Shown here piece by piece: positions 8,272-16,546 of a stretch of DNA of 32,000 nt. Each line of letters begins with the position of its first letter. Position 1 is the first letter of the stretch. The stretch spans positions 57,104 through 89,103 of IMG/VR virus record IMGVR_UViG_3300028666_000023; one strand, 5' to 3'. The position numbers and the translations under genes are program-made. The notes under the pieces were generated by a model that did no database searches, was not told the DNA's origin, and saw only the letters and a program-made list of their open reading frames with translations. This DNA comes from a virus.

Positions 8272-8865
8272 CTACGGTGTGGTGCGTTTGCTCGCCACTA
8301 GCCGCTTGATGGGCCCGTACGAAAACCGATGATGCACGCACGGCCCGTGCTTGGTGAGACCAGCCCAGTGCCGCTGGGTGCCGTACCCGACGTTGTTCTT
8401 CCAGTCGTAGTGCGGGAACTTCTTGTGCAGCTCCCACATGAAGTGGTCGCGGTTGACCTTCGCGATCACGCTCGCTGCGGACACGGCGGGCTCGGTGGAG
8501 TCGGCCTTGGGAATCGCGCGGCCGTGGTACGTCCCCGGCATCACGTCGCCATCCACGATGAGTTCGTAGCTCGGGTAGAGCACGACGAGCTCGCGCATGG
8601 CGACGGCGATGCCCTCGACCCACGCGTTCCGTAGCCCCTTTGCATCGAGGTACGCACTCGGGATGGAGATGATGCGGTACGCAGTCACCGTCGTGAGGAG
8701 CAGGCTGTAGATGTGCGCGCGACCGCTCGGCGACATCTTCTTCGAGTCCTTGAGGCCCTTCGGCCTTTCCCAGCCGCGCGGCACGACCACCGCACCGATG
8801 TACGCGGGCCCGGCGATCGCACCGGTGCCGACCTCGTCGACCCCGATGATGTACTCCGAGCTCAC
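8272..8865 (-). CDS. rnhB: Ribonuclease HII
   Basis: Hallmark RNase HII motifs: IIGVDEVGTGAIAGPAYIGAVVV (DEVGRG-type), GLKDSKKMS, ADSTEPAVSAASVIAKVNRD, NVGYGTQRH, HHRFSYGP. GTG start at 8865 in a GTGA overlap with the upstream stop. Confidence 0.92.
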   Translation of the reverse strand: MSSEYIIGVDEVGTGAIAGPAYIGAVVVPRGWERPKGLKDSKKMSPSGRAHIYSLLLTTVTAYRIISIPSAYLDAKGLRNAWVEGIAVAMRELVVLYPSYELIVDGDVMPGTYHGRAIPKADSTEPAVSAASVIAKVNRDHFMWELHKKFPHYDWKNNVGYGTQRHWAGLTKHGPCVHHRFSYGPIKRLVASKRTTP

Positions 8866-9047
8866 GGCGTGAAGACGGCGATACGAAGAAGCAGCTCTCG
8901 AAGTTCGGCTTCCGCGGTCTTGCCGAAGTTGAAGATCTTCGGAAACGGCCCGGCCATGTTGTAGTTCTGCGCCACGCGTTGTGCGAACTCCTCGAGGAGC
9001 TCGAGGTACTGCCTGTCACGCGGGGCTGTTGACGTCTCGGTCTGCAT
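8862..9047 (-). CDS. Hypothetical small protein (61 aa)
   Basis: Track ORF 8862..9098 trimmed to ATG 9047, which has AGGAG 5 nt upstream. MQTETSTAPRDRQYLELLEEFAQRVAQNYNMAGPF...; its stop overlaps the rnhB start. Confidence 0.6.
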   Translation of the reverse strand: MQTETSTAPRDRQYLELLEEFAQRVAQNYNMAGPFPKIFNFGKTAEAELRELLLRIAVFTP

Positions 9048-9330
9048 TGGACTCCTGGAAGGATTCGGGCGGCAGGGCTTTGATCTTCTGCACCGCACTC
9101 GTCACGTTGTTCACGATCTGCGTCACGCGATCGAGCTCGTTCGGTCTCGTCTGCGTGCTCGCGCCGCTGATGCGCTCGATCTGTGCGTCGAGCAGGTCCT
9201 CGTAGGTGAGGGCGGCGAACGTCTGCGTCGTCTTCGCAGCTTCGATGGCCGCGTACGCGTCACCGATGGCCTTGCGCAGCTCGAAGTTCTGTTCTTGGAG
9301 TGCGGGATCGTCTTGAGAGTTTCCAGCCAT
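9016..9330 (-). CDS. Hypothetical helical protein (104 aa)
   Basis: Natural composition (MAGNSQDDPALQEQNFELRKAIGDAYAAIEAAK...). ATG 9330 overlaps the upstream TGA by 1 nt; the track lists the GTG one codon earlier, at 9333. Confidence 0.7.
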   Translation of the reverse strand: MAGNSQDDPALQEQNFELRKAIGDAYAAIEAAKTTQTFAALTYEDLLDAQIERISGASTQTRPNELDRVTQIVNNVTSAVQKIKALPPESFQESNADRDVNSPA

Positions 9331-9515
9331 CACGGATTCCTTCTGAGAGACTCGTAACGCACGAAGCCTTCAAGCTGTTCGATGCGCTCGAACGTCACGG
9401 GGAGCTCTTGGATCGGGCGCATGATCTCCTCCTCCGTTCGCGCGAGCATCTCTTCTTCCGTGAGCACACGGAGATGCACCTTGTTTTCCTTGTCGATGCG
9501 AATCGAGAAGGCCAT
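9330..9515 (-). CDS. Hypothetical small protein (61 aa)
   Basis: MAFSIRIDKENKVHLRVLTEEEMLARTEEEIMRPIQELPVTFERIEQLEGF... has natural composition. Start and stop are both coupled to neighbours by 1-nt overlaps. Confidence 0.7.
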   Translation of the reverse strand: MAFSIRIDKENKVHLRVLTEEEMLARTEEEIMRPIQELPVTFERIEQLEGFVRYESLRRNP

Positions 9516-9766
9516 CAGTTGGACAGCTTACCACCACCCGACGCAGGCGGTGAGGCTTCGTCCGTCTGCTGGGGCGTGGAGAAGCGACTGGCCGTGATGA
9601 TGAGCGCCGTGCCGCGCGGCATCGTGCTCACGATGTTGAAGCCCGCTTCGGTGAGACTCGTCAGCGCCTGCTGCAAGCGATACGCGTGCTTGGTGGGCGT
9701 GTCCTCATCGACGGCGATGACCGCCCACTCGACGTGACGCGGATTGTGATGAGAGCGCGCGCTCAT
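9515..9766 (-). CDS. Hypothetical small protein (83 aa)
   Basis: Natural composition (..HVEWAVIAVDEDTPTKHAYRLQQALTSLTEAGFNIVSTMPRGTALIITA..). ATGA overlap with the upstream gene. Confidence 0.7.
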   Translation of the reverse strand: MSARSHHNPRHVEWAVIAVDEDTPTKHAYRLQQALTSLTEAGFNIVSTMPRGTALIITASRFSTPQQTDEASPPASGGGKLSN

Positions 9767-10068
9767 AGGCCAAACCGCGTGCGGACCACTGCCTGGTCCA
9801 CCGCTCCTACCTGAAAGAGCTCCTGCATCTTGAGGAGCAGGTCATGTGCCTCCGCTTCGGCGGCGGAGACGTGCAGGATTTGATCTTCGATCTCGCGGAG
9901 CCTCTCCACCTCGAGCGCGAACTCGGCCGCCTCGATTTCCTCTTTCGATGGCAAACGAATGAGCGTCAGGCCGTGGCCTTCCGACACCACGAACTGTCGA
10001 AGGGCGAGAGGGATCTCACCCAACAGAAAGAACGGCTTGCCGTCTGTCTCTACTTTGAACCCGTCCAC
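9763..10068 (-). CDS. Hypothetical protein (~101 aa)
   Basis: Track ORF 9763..10086. I prefer the GTG at 10068 because AAGGAG lies 8 nt upstream of it (minus strand GGAAGGAGATTCAACGGTG). VDGFKVETDGKPFFLLGEIPLALRQFVVSEGHGLTLIRLPSKEEIEAAEF... Confidence 0.65.
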   Translation of the reverse strand: MDGFKVETDGKPFFLLGEIPLALRQFVVSEGHGLTLIRLPSKEEIEAAEFALEVERLREIEDQILHVSAAEAEAHDLLLKMQELFQVGAVDQAVVRTRFGL

Positions 10069-10484
10069 CGTTGAATCTCCTTCCACGACGCCGTGCGACC
10101 CGTGTGCATCTTGAACAGACGCGCCTTCTCCTGAATATCTCCCGACATGCCGCGAAGAGATGCCTCGCCGTCGGCAGCATACTTGAACGCCTCTGTGTTC
10201 TGCTTCCTCTTGGAGGGGATGCCCATGATCTGCTCCTCGATACGAGCGAGTTCGTGGTTCCCTTCCGGGTCACGCGGCGGCTCGAACGTCCCGAGGTACT
10301 CCGACTTGAAAGCATCCGCGCGCTCGGCCTGTGCGTATCGCTGCTGAAGCTCTTGGATGCGCTTCTGCGCAGCGTTCACGTGGCCATTCATGATGGTGAG
10401 CTCGGCCTCTTTGACCTGCAGGGCCTCGGTCAACTTCTTCACCGCGGCCGCGCGGCGCTCCGACTCTTCGTGGAGCGCCTGCAT
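10050..10484 (-). CDS. Hypothetical coiled-coil protein (144 aa)
   Basis: Track ORF 10050..10649 trimmed to ATG 10484 (MQALHEESERRAAAVKKLTEALQVKEAELTIMNGHVNAAQKRIQELQQRYAQAE...), 11 nt after the stop of the upstream gene. The discarded N-terminus overlaps that gene. Confidence 0.7.
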   Translation of the reverse strand: MQALHEESERRAAAVKKLTEALQVKEAELTIMNGHVNAAQKRIQELQQRYAQAERADAFKSEYLGTFEPPRDPEGNHELARIEEQIMGIPSKRKQNTEAFKYAADGEASLRGMSGDIQEKARLFKMHTGRTASWKEIQRWTGSK

Positions 10485-10494
10485 GCGCGGATCG

Positions 10495-11112
10495 TCAGGG
10501 AACGGTTGTATTGCGGCGGGGGATCCTCTCGAGTCGAGCGAGTCGTCGGACGAGCTCGGTGAGGTCTGCCCATCCGTCGGCTCTGTAGATGTGATTCCCA
10601 CGGAGCTCCTCGTGCTCTTCGTTGTAGCGCTGATGCCAGATGATGGCATGGCCCGCCGGGTGACGCTTCGACCAGTTGATGATGTGCTCGGGCTTGTCGT
10701 CCACGAAGATGTCGCCGAACACGAGCTCCTTCAAGCCCGTGTGGATCATCTTCTTGTGGGAGAGCCCGAAGTGGCCCTCGAGCCACTCCTCGCGCTCGTG
10801 CACCCACGTCTCACCGCCTTTGAACGGCGAGGTGAGCATCACGACCTCGGTGTACTCCTGGAGCTCGGCGACGGCTGCTTTGGCGCCATCGTAGACCGGG
10901 ATGCTCGCGCAGCCGCCGCGTTGCTTGAGCTCCTCGTAGACGGCGTCGCGCAAGTGCAGATGCTCTGCAAGGGCCCCGGACTCGAACATGTCCCAGCTCG
11001 TGACGTCGTCGTGCTGAAAGTTCTTCCCTGTTTTCCGATTCAGGATCTTGAGGGTGGCCGAGGAGAAATCAGCTAAAACCCCATCACAGTCCAGCAACAT
11101 TAGAGGGCGCAT
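10495..11112 (-). CDS. HAD-superfamily 5'(3')-deoxyribonucleotidase (NT5C-type)
   Basis: Track ORF 10495..11268 trimmed to ATG 11112 (MRPLMLLDCDGVLADFSSATLKIL...). DxDGVLADF is the NT5C/HAD motif I. Later ..VVMLTSP.. and ..GDIFVDDKPEHI.. fit motifs II-IV. The discarded N-terminus is Arg/Gln/His-rich. Confidence 0.75.
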   Translation of the reverse strand: MRPLMLLDCDGVLADFSSATLKILNRKTGKNFQHDDVTSWDMFESGALAEHLHLRDAVYEELKQRGGCASIPVYDGAKAAVAELQEYTEVVMLTSPFKGGETWVHEREEWLEGHFGLSHKKMIHTGLKELVFGDIFVDDKPEHIINWSKRHPAGHAIIWHQRYNEEHEELRGNHIYRADGWADLTELVRRLARLERIPRRNTTVP

Positions 11113-11633
11113 GTCTTCATGTACTCCAGGACTTTTTGAACCTCTTCTACGGAGGCGTTGTTCTTGATCATGTTGGCTCGGTTGGAGATGATGCGCATGT
11201 TGCCTGCAACATACCCAAGTGCTGGAACCTTGCGGTCCACCGAGGGACTGTTGGGTGTCGGCCCGCACTTACCTGGCGCCTTGTAGCGAAGCTCGATGCC
11301 AAGGACCGGACAATGATCCGGCAGGTCTATGGCTGGCTTGATGCGATCGACGGGGACTCCCTTCTTACGCGCTCTAGTCTTGGCTGCATGGTACGTGAAA
11401 TGCCACCACGCTTCCTTCGGGCTAGCCTCAAAGAAAGCCCGTCGCTGTTCCCTCTTCTCCTTGGTCCTGTTCTTTTCCCAGAAGCGGCTGTAGGACGCCT
11501 TCGCCTGTGTTGGGTGTTCAATCTTCCACTGCGCTGCTGCCGCTATCCGAGCGGGCTTGTTCTTGAAGTAGGAGTCGCTGTTGTAGCGCCGTCTAGTACG
11601 TTGTGCTTCTGTGAGCTCCGCTTCTGGCCTCAT
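11100..11633 (-). CDS. HNH endonuclease (phage homing-type)
   Basis: Track ORF 11100..11993 trimmed to ATG 11633 (MRPEAELTEAQRTRRRYNSDSYFKNK...). The C-terminus CPVLGIELRY....PSVDRKVPALGYVAGNMRIISNRANMIKNNASVEEV is the classic phage HNH pattern (..S.DR.....GY..GN...IS..AN..K..). It overlaps the NT5C start by 13 nt and begins 3 nt after the MazG-like stop. Confidence 0.8.
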   Translation of the reverse strand: MRPEAELTEAQRTRRRYNSDSYFKNKPARIAAAAQWKIEHPTQAKASYSRFWEKNRTKEKREQRRAFFEASPKEAWWHFTYHAAKTRARKKGVPVDRIKPAIDLPDHCPVLGIELRYKAPGKCGPTPNSPSVDRKVPALGYVAGNMRIISNRANMIKNNASVEEVQKVLEYMKTCAL

Positions 11634-11635
11634 GA

Positions 11636-12319
11636 CTAGATCTTCTTTCCCCCGTGCATCATGGGGCGCGTCTTGTTGAACGCTTCCTTCTCGTCGATCG
11701 CCGACCAGAGGTCGATCTTGTGCGCATCGGAGAGCGTGAAGAGGCGCCACATTGCCTGCGCGAGGTAGTGCACAACGCGCGGGTGCTGGTCGGAAGGTAC
11801 GCCCGCCACCGGCATAAGCTCGGCATCGGTCTTGTCGTTGCGAAGGCGCCATTCGGCATCGGTGGCTTTTGCGATGTCGACGTGGGTCCACGCGAGGACT
11901 TCCTCGAAGTCGTCGGTCATCGGTTTGCAGCCGCGGCTGATGTGGCCGTACTCCTCCTCGAGCTTCTCGCCGATGCCTGCGGTGCCCGCCCACTGCGCGA
12001 TGCGGATGACGATGTCGGCGATCTCGATCGGGATGCCGCAGGGCTTCGGCTCACTGACGTCGTCGATGTGAACACCGAAGTCCTCCGCGAGGCGCGTGCG
12101 GTCCTTGATGGGTGCCTTCTCGGGATGGCCGGCGATCTTCAACTCGTAGTAGATCTCCGCCGGCTTGTAGTTGTTCCGCCAGTCCTCGCACGCCTCGGAG
12201 ACTTCCGTGTGCATCAAGAGGCAGAGCGTATGGAACGGCCGCGGGTTCTCGAGCCAGCCCTTCGACTTCGAGATTTCGTGAGAGCGCGTGCAGAGCGCTG
12301 AGATGGTGTGTTCGGTCAT
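11636..12319 (-). CDS. MazG-like all-alpha nucleoside-triphosphate pyrophosphohydrolase
   Basis: 227 aa. ..LCLLMHTEVSEACEDWR.. (EXXE-type motif), ..GIPIEIADIVIRIAQWAG.. and the C-terminal ..IDEKEAFNKTRPMMHGGKKI are typical of phage MazG-like proteins, as I remember the family. Confidence 0.7.
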   Translation of the reverse strand: MTEHTISALCTRSHEISKSKGWLENPRPFHTLCLLMHTEVSEACEDWRNNYKPAEIYYELKIAGHPEKAPIKDRTRLAEDFGVHIDDVSEPKPCGIPIEIADIVIRIAQWAGTAGIGEKLEEEYGHISRGCKPMTDDFEEVLAWTHVDIAKATDAEWRLRNDKTDAELMPVAGVPSDQHPRVVHYLAQAMWRLFTLSDAHKIDLWSAIDEKEAFNKTRPMMHGGKKI

Positions 12320-12861
12320 GGGAGTTTTCTTACCTCGTTGATGTTGACGCCGACAGGCGGTGACATGTCGGATCCGAAAAGAACAGAAAGTGAGTGAGTG
12401 CTGCCGAGTTCGTCTCGGGCGTGAATGGCTTCAACCGTGCCGATGGTGCCCTCAAGAATAGTGCGGTCGCCCACTCTGAGTTTGATGGGACGTAGTAGAG
12501 CGACTCGGTCGCCCGGCTGAAGCTGCTGCGCGGGTGCGTTCTGCTGGCCCATGATCTTCAGCTCGACATCCTTGATGCGCGTCTCGAGCTCCTGAACAAC
12601 GATGTCGTACCACTGCCCGCGGAGGCGAGTCGTCATCTCCATGACGACGTGCTCGGCGACCTCCTTCAAGAAGCTCTGCGTGTTGAACTTCTGGAAGACG
12701 TAGCCGCGATTGCAGTGCTGGCACGGGATGAGCGCCATTTGTCCCCCGTACGATTGGTGCTCGTTGGCGAAGGTGGCCGGTGAGATGAAGCCGCCGCCAG
12801 CGCACTTGTCACACTCGCGGGCGAAGAGAACGAACTGCGTATCCTTGAGGCTAGAGACCAT
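12316..12861 (-). CDS. Hypothetical protein with DnaJ-type zinc finger (CxxCxGxG + CxxC) and SH3/KOW-like C-terminus
   Basis: Track ORF 12316..12903 trimmed to ATG 12861 (MVSSLKDTQFVLFARECDKCAGGGFISP...IPCQHCNRGYVF...). C-terminal PGDRVALLRPIKLRVGDRTILEGTIGTVEAI. ATGA overlap with the MazG-like gene. Confidence 0.7.
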   Translation of the reverse strand: MVSSLKDTQFVLFARECDKCAGGGFISPATFANEHQSYGGQMALIPCQHCNRGYVFQKFNTQSFLKEVAEHVVMEMTTRLRGQWYDIVVQELETRIKDVELKIMGQQNAPAQQLQPGDRVALLRPIKLRVGDRTILEGTIGTVEAIHARDELGSTHSLSVLFGSDMSPPVGVNINEVRKLP

Positions 12862-13165
12862 TGGGCAACTCCCCGTAGATCTCGAGCAGACGAGCAACGT
12901 CATCCGCGCGGAGGTTCTCGGTGTGCTTCCTCCACCCGTCGATGGCCACGATCTGCCATCCCTTCTTCGTGTGCGAGAACCAAATCTTGTGGTCGTCGCG
13001 CAGCCGCTCGAGAAGCGCGAGCTGCTCGTCGGTCAAACCGGGCATCCCGAACATGGGCTTCTCCCGGTAGCCCTGGATGATGTCCCAGAGCACGTACTCG
13101 ATCCAGCCGCCCTTCCCCCACTCGTCGGCGAGAGCGAGGGCAGCCTTGAAATCAGCATTGGACAT
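12851..13165 (-). CDS. Hypothetical protein (104 aa)
   Basis: MSNADFKAALALADEWGKGGWIEYVLWDIIQGYREKPMFGMPGLTDEQLALLERLRDDHKIWF... has natural, Trp-rich composition. GAGG lies 5 nt upstream of ATG 13165. Confidence 0.75.
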   Translation of the reverse strand: MSNADFKAALALADEWGKGGWIEYVLWDIIQGYREKPMFGMPGLTDEQLALLERLRDDHKIWFSHTKKGWQIVAIDGWRKHTENLRADDVARLLEIYGELPNGL

Positions 13166-13231
13166 GAGGCCTCAAAGGAGCTCGATGGCTCCCAAGGCGC
13201 TTATGCCGAATTCGATCGCGGAGTTGAGGAG

Positions 13232-13414
13232 CTAAGAAAAGGCCACTTCGCCGCGCGCGGCGACAGCGTAGAAGTCCCTCAGGTCGGCCAGAAACTGCTC
13301 TTTCAGAGCCTCCGCGCGCGACGTCACCGCGAGCCAGTCCACGAAGGTCTTGGCGTTCTTCTGGCGGGTCTCGAGCTCCACGATCTCATCCACGCTTCTG
13401 TTGACGATGGCCAT
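13232..13414 (-). CDS. Hypothetical small helical protein (60 aa)
   Basis: MAIVNRSVDEIVELETRQKNAKTFVDWLAVTSRAEALKEQFLADLRDFYAVAARGEVAFS. AGGAGAG lies upstream of ATG 13414. Confidence 0.7.
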   Translation of the reverse strand: MAIVNRSVDEIVELETRQKNAKTFVDWLAVTSRAEALKEQFLADLRDFYAVAARGEVAFS

Positions 13415-13436
13415 CTCTTTCTCTCCTGGTTGGTTG

Positions 13437-13664
13437 TTACTTCGGTACGACGTTCAACACGCCGACGATCGAAAGCACGATCATGATGATGAACATGAGG
13501 ACGATGGCGCCGATGGCGAGAAGAGGGTTCGCTTCCTTCTTGTCCTGGAAGTAGTCCCACAACTTCTTGAGCAGAGGCCGGGCATTCTCGAGTGCCTGCA
13601 TCCGCTCGACGCCCTCACGCCGCGCTTTCTCGTCCGGGGTCTCGGTTCCGTCTTCGAACGGCAT
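13437..13664 (-). CDS. Small membrane protein with a single C-terminal TM helix (holin/lysis-accessory candidate), 75 aa
   Basis: Track ORF 13437..13994 trimmed to ATG 13664, which overlaps the endolysin TGA by 1 nt. MPFEDGTETPDEKARREGVERMQALENARPLLKKLWDYFQDKKEANPLLAIGAIVLMFIIMIVLSIVGVLNVVPK: charged N-terminal two thirds, then ~25 hydrophobic residues. Confidence 0.65.
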   Translation of the reverse strand: MPFEDGTETPDEKARREGVERMQALENARPLLKKLWDYFQDKKEANPLLAIGAIVLMFIIMIVLSIVGVLNVVPK

Positions 13665-14380
13665 CAGCCCATCGCCGCGCGCACGAGGTCGAGGTACTTC
13701 TCTTTCGGGAAGTTCGGACCGGGGTCGACGTGGCCATGACCGTTGCTGAAGGCGTTCGTGCAGTCGATGTGGCCGCAGAAGCCCTTCTTGCCCGCCTTGA
13801 GGTCCTCGACCGAGAGCCACACGACGGGGATGTCGAAGCGCTTCGCGAGCTCGGCGGCGAGCTGCGCGCTGTTCTTGAGGACGGCGTTCGAGTAGTCGTC
13901 GTCCCACTGGTCCGGCGTCTGCGACGCGTAACCGGCGTGCTCGATACCGATGCCGTTTCCGTTCGCGCCGGGCGCGTGCCACGCGACGTCGCACTCGAGG
14001 ACCGACTGAATCACCTCGGCGTCATCTACGCAGAAGTGCGCGCTCGCCTGGGGTGCCGACGGGCCTGCAAACCACGTCGCGACGTTGCGCGCGGTCTTCG
14101 GCTTCTCGGGTGCCTCCATCGTGTGGATGACGATGAGCTCGATCGCGTGCGGCGGGTTGGGCCGCGTCGAGGGCGTGTAGTTCTTCGCCTGGATGAACGG
14201 GCGGAGGTTGCTCGCCTGTTCGGTGAGCGTCGTCTCGAACGCGCTCGGGTCGATGTTCATCGCAGAACAGAAGGCGGCCTTCGCCGCCTCCGTGTTCGCG
14301 CCCGCAACTCCGTCGACTCCGTGCGGGTCGTAGCCGAGTCGCCAGAGAAGGGTCTGGATGGTGCGGGTGTCCATGTTCAT
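13664..14380 (-). CDS. Endolysin: N-terminal peptidoglycan-binding domain (PG_binding_1-like) + N-acetylmuramoyl-L-alanine amidase (Amidase_2/PGRP-like)
   Basis: Track ORF 13664..14968 trimmed to ATG 14380 (ATGA overlap with the upstream gene). TIQTLLWRLGYDPHGVDGVAGANTEAAKAAF is the PG-binding repeat. ..IVIHTMEAPEK...ASAHFCVDD...AWHAPGANGNGIGIEHAG...GHIDC.... fits the zinc-amidase pattern. Confidence 0.85.
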   Translation of the reverse strand: MNMDTRTIQTLLWRLGYDPHGVDGVAGANTEAAKAAFCSAMNIDPSAFETTLTEQASNLRPFIQAKNYTPSTRPNPPHAIELIVIHTMEAPEKPKTARNVATWFAGPSAPQASAHFCVDDAEVIQSVLECDVAWHAPGANGNGIGIEHAGYASQTPDQWDDDYSNAVLKNSAQLAAELAKRFDIPVVWLSVEDLKAGKKGFCGHIDCTNAFSNGHGHVDPGPNFPKEKYLDLVRAAMG

Positions 14381-14868
14381 CTCACCGTGACCACGAAGTG
14401 CTGGAGCTTCGCGCCGCGCGCGGTGGCGTCCACGAGGCCGGGCGGCGCGTCGAGTTTCGGAGCGCCGGCGGGTTGGACCTGCTGGCTCGTGTACGTGTTC
14501 ACGATGGCGATGATCTCTTGGATGGCGTTGTTCACGTCCAGGATGGCCTTCGAGAAGTCCGGCGCGTTGTTCTTCGCATCGACTGCGGCCTGCACCGCAT
14601 CCTGCAGCGCGGCGAGCGCGTGGTTCACCGCAGCGACGGCCTTGTCGTACTGCTGCTGCGCCTGAACGAGCACCGCCGGCGGCAAGAAGATCTTGATGGT
14701 CTCCCACGCGACGGCGAGGTCGCTCAGGACGATCTGCGTGCTCTGCTCGAACGTCTGCACCTGCGCGACGGGGTCTTGCGAGAAGTTCTGCCACCACTGG
14801 GAGAACTGCGCGCAGCCGGCGGTGAGGGAGAACGAGAGGACGAGGAAGAACGGGAGGAAACGTTTCAT
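14377..14868 (-). CDS. Lipoprotein (163 aa), helical/Gln-Ala-rich mature part; spanin-like or other lysis/exclusion role unknown
   Basis: Track ORF 14377..15384 trimmed to ATG 14868, which has AAGGAG upstream and an ATGA overlap. MKRFLPFFLVLSFSLTAGC has a signal peptide plus lipobox (L-T-A-G-C). Confidence 0.8.
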   Translation of the reverse strand: MKRFLPFFLVLSFSLTAGCAQFSQWWQNFSQDPVAQVQTFEQSTQIVLSDLAVAWETIKIFLPPAVLVQAQQQYDKAVAAVNHALAALQDAVQAAVDAKNNAPDFSKAILDVNNAIQEIIAIVNTYTSQQVQPAGAPKLDAPPGLVDATARGAKLQHFVVTVR

Positions 14869-15401
14869 GGACTGAGCTCCTTCTTGACGCGGATCTCCGT
14901 GACGAGATCGCTGAGGCGGGGTGTTGTGCTCTCTCGCCGTCTTCCACATCGTGGGCAACTCCCACCAAGCTTCAGAGCAGCGCCGATTTCGAGAACCTCT
15001 CGAGTTGCATCGACAGTCAACGGATCGCCTTCTTCTACTACAACTCGCTCTGCCAATAGACAAGCGACTTGTTCCACGTCCATGTAGTAGGTCGCGGCGA
15101 ATGTGGCAGCGATGCGAAGTTCTTGGTCCTGCGATGTGAGGTTCTGGAGGATGCGCTCGAAGAGACCGGTCATCGCCGGCCAGAACGCTGCGCCGATGAG
15201 ATAGTAAGAAAGGGGCAGACGCTTCTCGCCCCGCAGAGAAGACGAGATCGAGTCCCTGAGGACGCCGAGCCCGTACTTCTCTGCGAAGTCGTGATCGCTG
15301 CGAAGCAGCTGCACGCGTTTGAAGACGACATCCGTGACGCGTCCATCCGGACCTGTGCACGTGGCCCAGTGCCAGATGATGCAACGCGGATGCGGACCCA
15401 C
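14865..15401 (-). CDS. Hypothetical protein (178 aa)
   Basis: Natural composition (..DFAEKYGLGVLRDSISSSLRGEKRLPLSYYLIGAAFWPAMTGLFERILQNL..). GTG start at 15401; one hydrophobic segment; C-terminal CPRC. Confidence 0.6.
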   Translation of the reverse strand: MGPHPRCIIWHWATCTGPDGRVTDVVFKRVQLLRSDHDFAEKYGLGVLRDSISSSLRGEKRLPLSYYLIGAAFWPAMTGLFERILQNLTSQDQELRIAATFAATYYMDVEQVACLLAERVVVEEGDPLTVDATREVLEIGAALKLGGSCPRCGRRRESTTPRLSDLVTEIRVKKELSP

Positions 15402-15413
15402 CGCGGCAGTGTA

Positions 15414-16172
15414 CTACTCGGCGTAGCTGCGGTCTGCGAGATCTCGTTGCGCGAGCTGCTCCGGCGGAGGCACCACGAACGGGTGCGCCCGCAGGTAGTC
15501 GATGCCGCGAGAGAGCCGATGGTCCGCGAGGGGATGAGACCCGTCACAGCGCTCTCCCGAGTAGGCGCAGAGGCTGTGGAAGTTGTGGAGGGAGTAGTAC
15601 ATCAGGTAGTAGGCGATCTTCACCGCCAGCTTCCGGTCCGCGACGATCTGCTGCGGCGTGATGATCTCGCCCTGGTGAGCGCGCATCCAATCGCGGTCCT
15701 CCGGCTTGAGCGAGTTCTGGAGGTACTGCGCCTGCGTGAGCTCGCCGTCCTTGATGACGTAGTTGTACATGTGCAGCTGCCAAATGCTCCACGCGTGTCC
15801 GCCATCGCACTCGACGTGCCCGAGGTGCAGCTGGAACTTCGCCGTGTTGCACGTCCCGTCGTCCACCCACTTGTGAAAGCCGCCCTCGAGCGACGGCACT
15901 GCGGTGAGCGCGAGCGCCGTCTTCAGACGACCATCGTCGCCGGTGAAGAGCGGCTTCAGCGTGTCGTCGAAAGCGATCTCGACGATGTCGTCTGCGATGC
16001 TTTCGTAACGAGCGCGCGCGTCAGCCTCGTCCTCCTTGAGGTACATCCCGTTCTTCTCGTGCAGCCACGTGCCGTCGTCGGCACGCTGGATCTGATTCGA
16101 GAACGGAACCCAAGAGATCATCGCCGCGACGAGATACTTCGCGACGAGCTTTTTCATGAGAAGTGTTGTCAT
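15414..16172 (-). CDS. Secreted/anchored lysozyme-like (SLT-type lytic transglycosylase-like) protein, 252 aa
   Basis: Track ORF 15414..16568 trimmed to ATG 16172. MTTLLMKKLVAKYLVAAMISWVPF is a signal/anchor. ..LALTAVPSLEGGFHKWVDDG.. (candidate catalytic Glu), ..GHAWSIWQLHM.. and ..AVKIAYYLMYYSL.. loosely follow the SLT pattern E-S/G..F, G..Q, Y. This is a weak, by-eye call. Confidence 0.45.
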   Translation of the reverse strand: MTTLLMKKLVAKYLVAAMISWVPFSNQIQRADDGTWLHEKNGMYLKEDEADARARYESIADDIVEIAFDDTLKPLFTGDDGRLKTALALTAVPSLEGGFHKWVDDGTCNTAKFQLHLGHVECDGGHAWSIWQLHMYNYVIKDGELTQAQYLQNSLKPEDRDWMRAHQGEIITPQQIVADRKLAVKIAYYLMYYSLHNFHSLCAYSGERCDGSHPLADHRLSRGIDYLRAHPFVVPPPEQLAQRDLADRSYAE

Positions 16173-16252
16173 GGGGTCACCGAGAATGAAGTAGTTGGCT
16201 CGGTTGCGCAAGTTCTGTACCCGCGCCCGAGTCGTTGTAGTTGTATTCCTCC

Positions 16253-16546
16253 TCACGCGATTCTTCGTGCAGCGATGTCTAAGTCCTCGTTGATACGTTG
16301 AAGTTCTCGTCGCACTCGGCCAATCGCTTGGCTCTGCGCGAGTGTTGTGTCGACATGAGCGAGCTCCTCCGCGAAGAGGTCGAACATCGGACACTGCATC
16401 TGCCACCTCATGTTGGGAGAGATGCGGTACAGCGTCATGACCAGGCCGTTCTCTCCGCGGAACACCATCGTGAGCGGACGCGCGTCGGTGTAGCCCGGGC
16501 GGCGTTCGGTGACGTCGGTCCACTCGCCTTTCTTTCCTCGCTTCAT
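16253..16546 (-). CDS. Hypothetical protein (97 aa)
   Basis: Track ORF 16253..16597 trimmed to ATG 16546 (MKRGKKGEWTDVTERRPGYTDARPLTMVFRGENGLVMTLYRISPNMRWQMQCPMFDLF...). ATGA overlap with the small upstream ORF. Confidence 0.65.
   Translation of the reverse strand: MKRGKKGEWTDVTERRPGYTDARPLTMVFRGENGLVMTLYRISPNMRWQMQCPMFDLFAEELAHVDTTLAQSQAIGRVRRELQRINEDLDIAARRIA

Noticed and set aside
13166-13231. Short GGAGC...GCTCC hairpin followed by TTT on the minus strand, between genes 13232..13414 and 12851..13165, considered as a terminator.
   Set aside because: It has only a 5-bp stem with a 6-nt loop and a 3-nt U stretch that overlaps the next gene's RBS. That is too weak to call.
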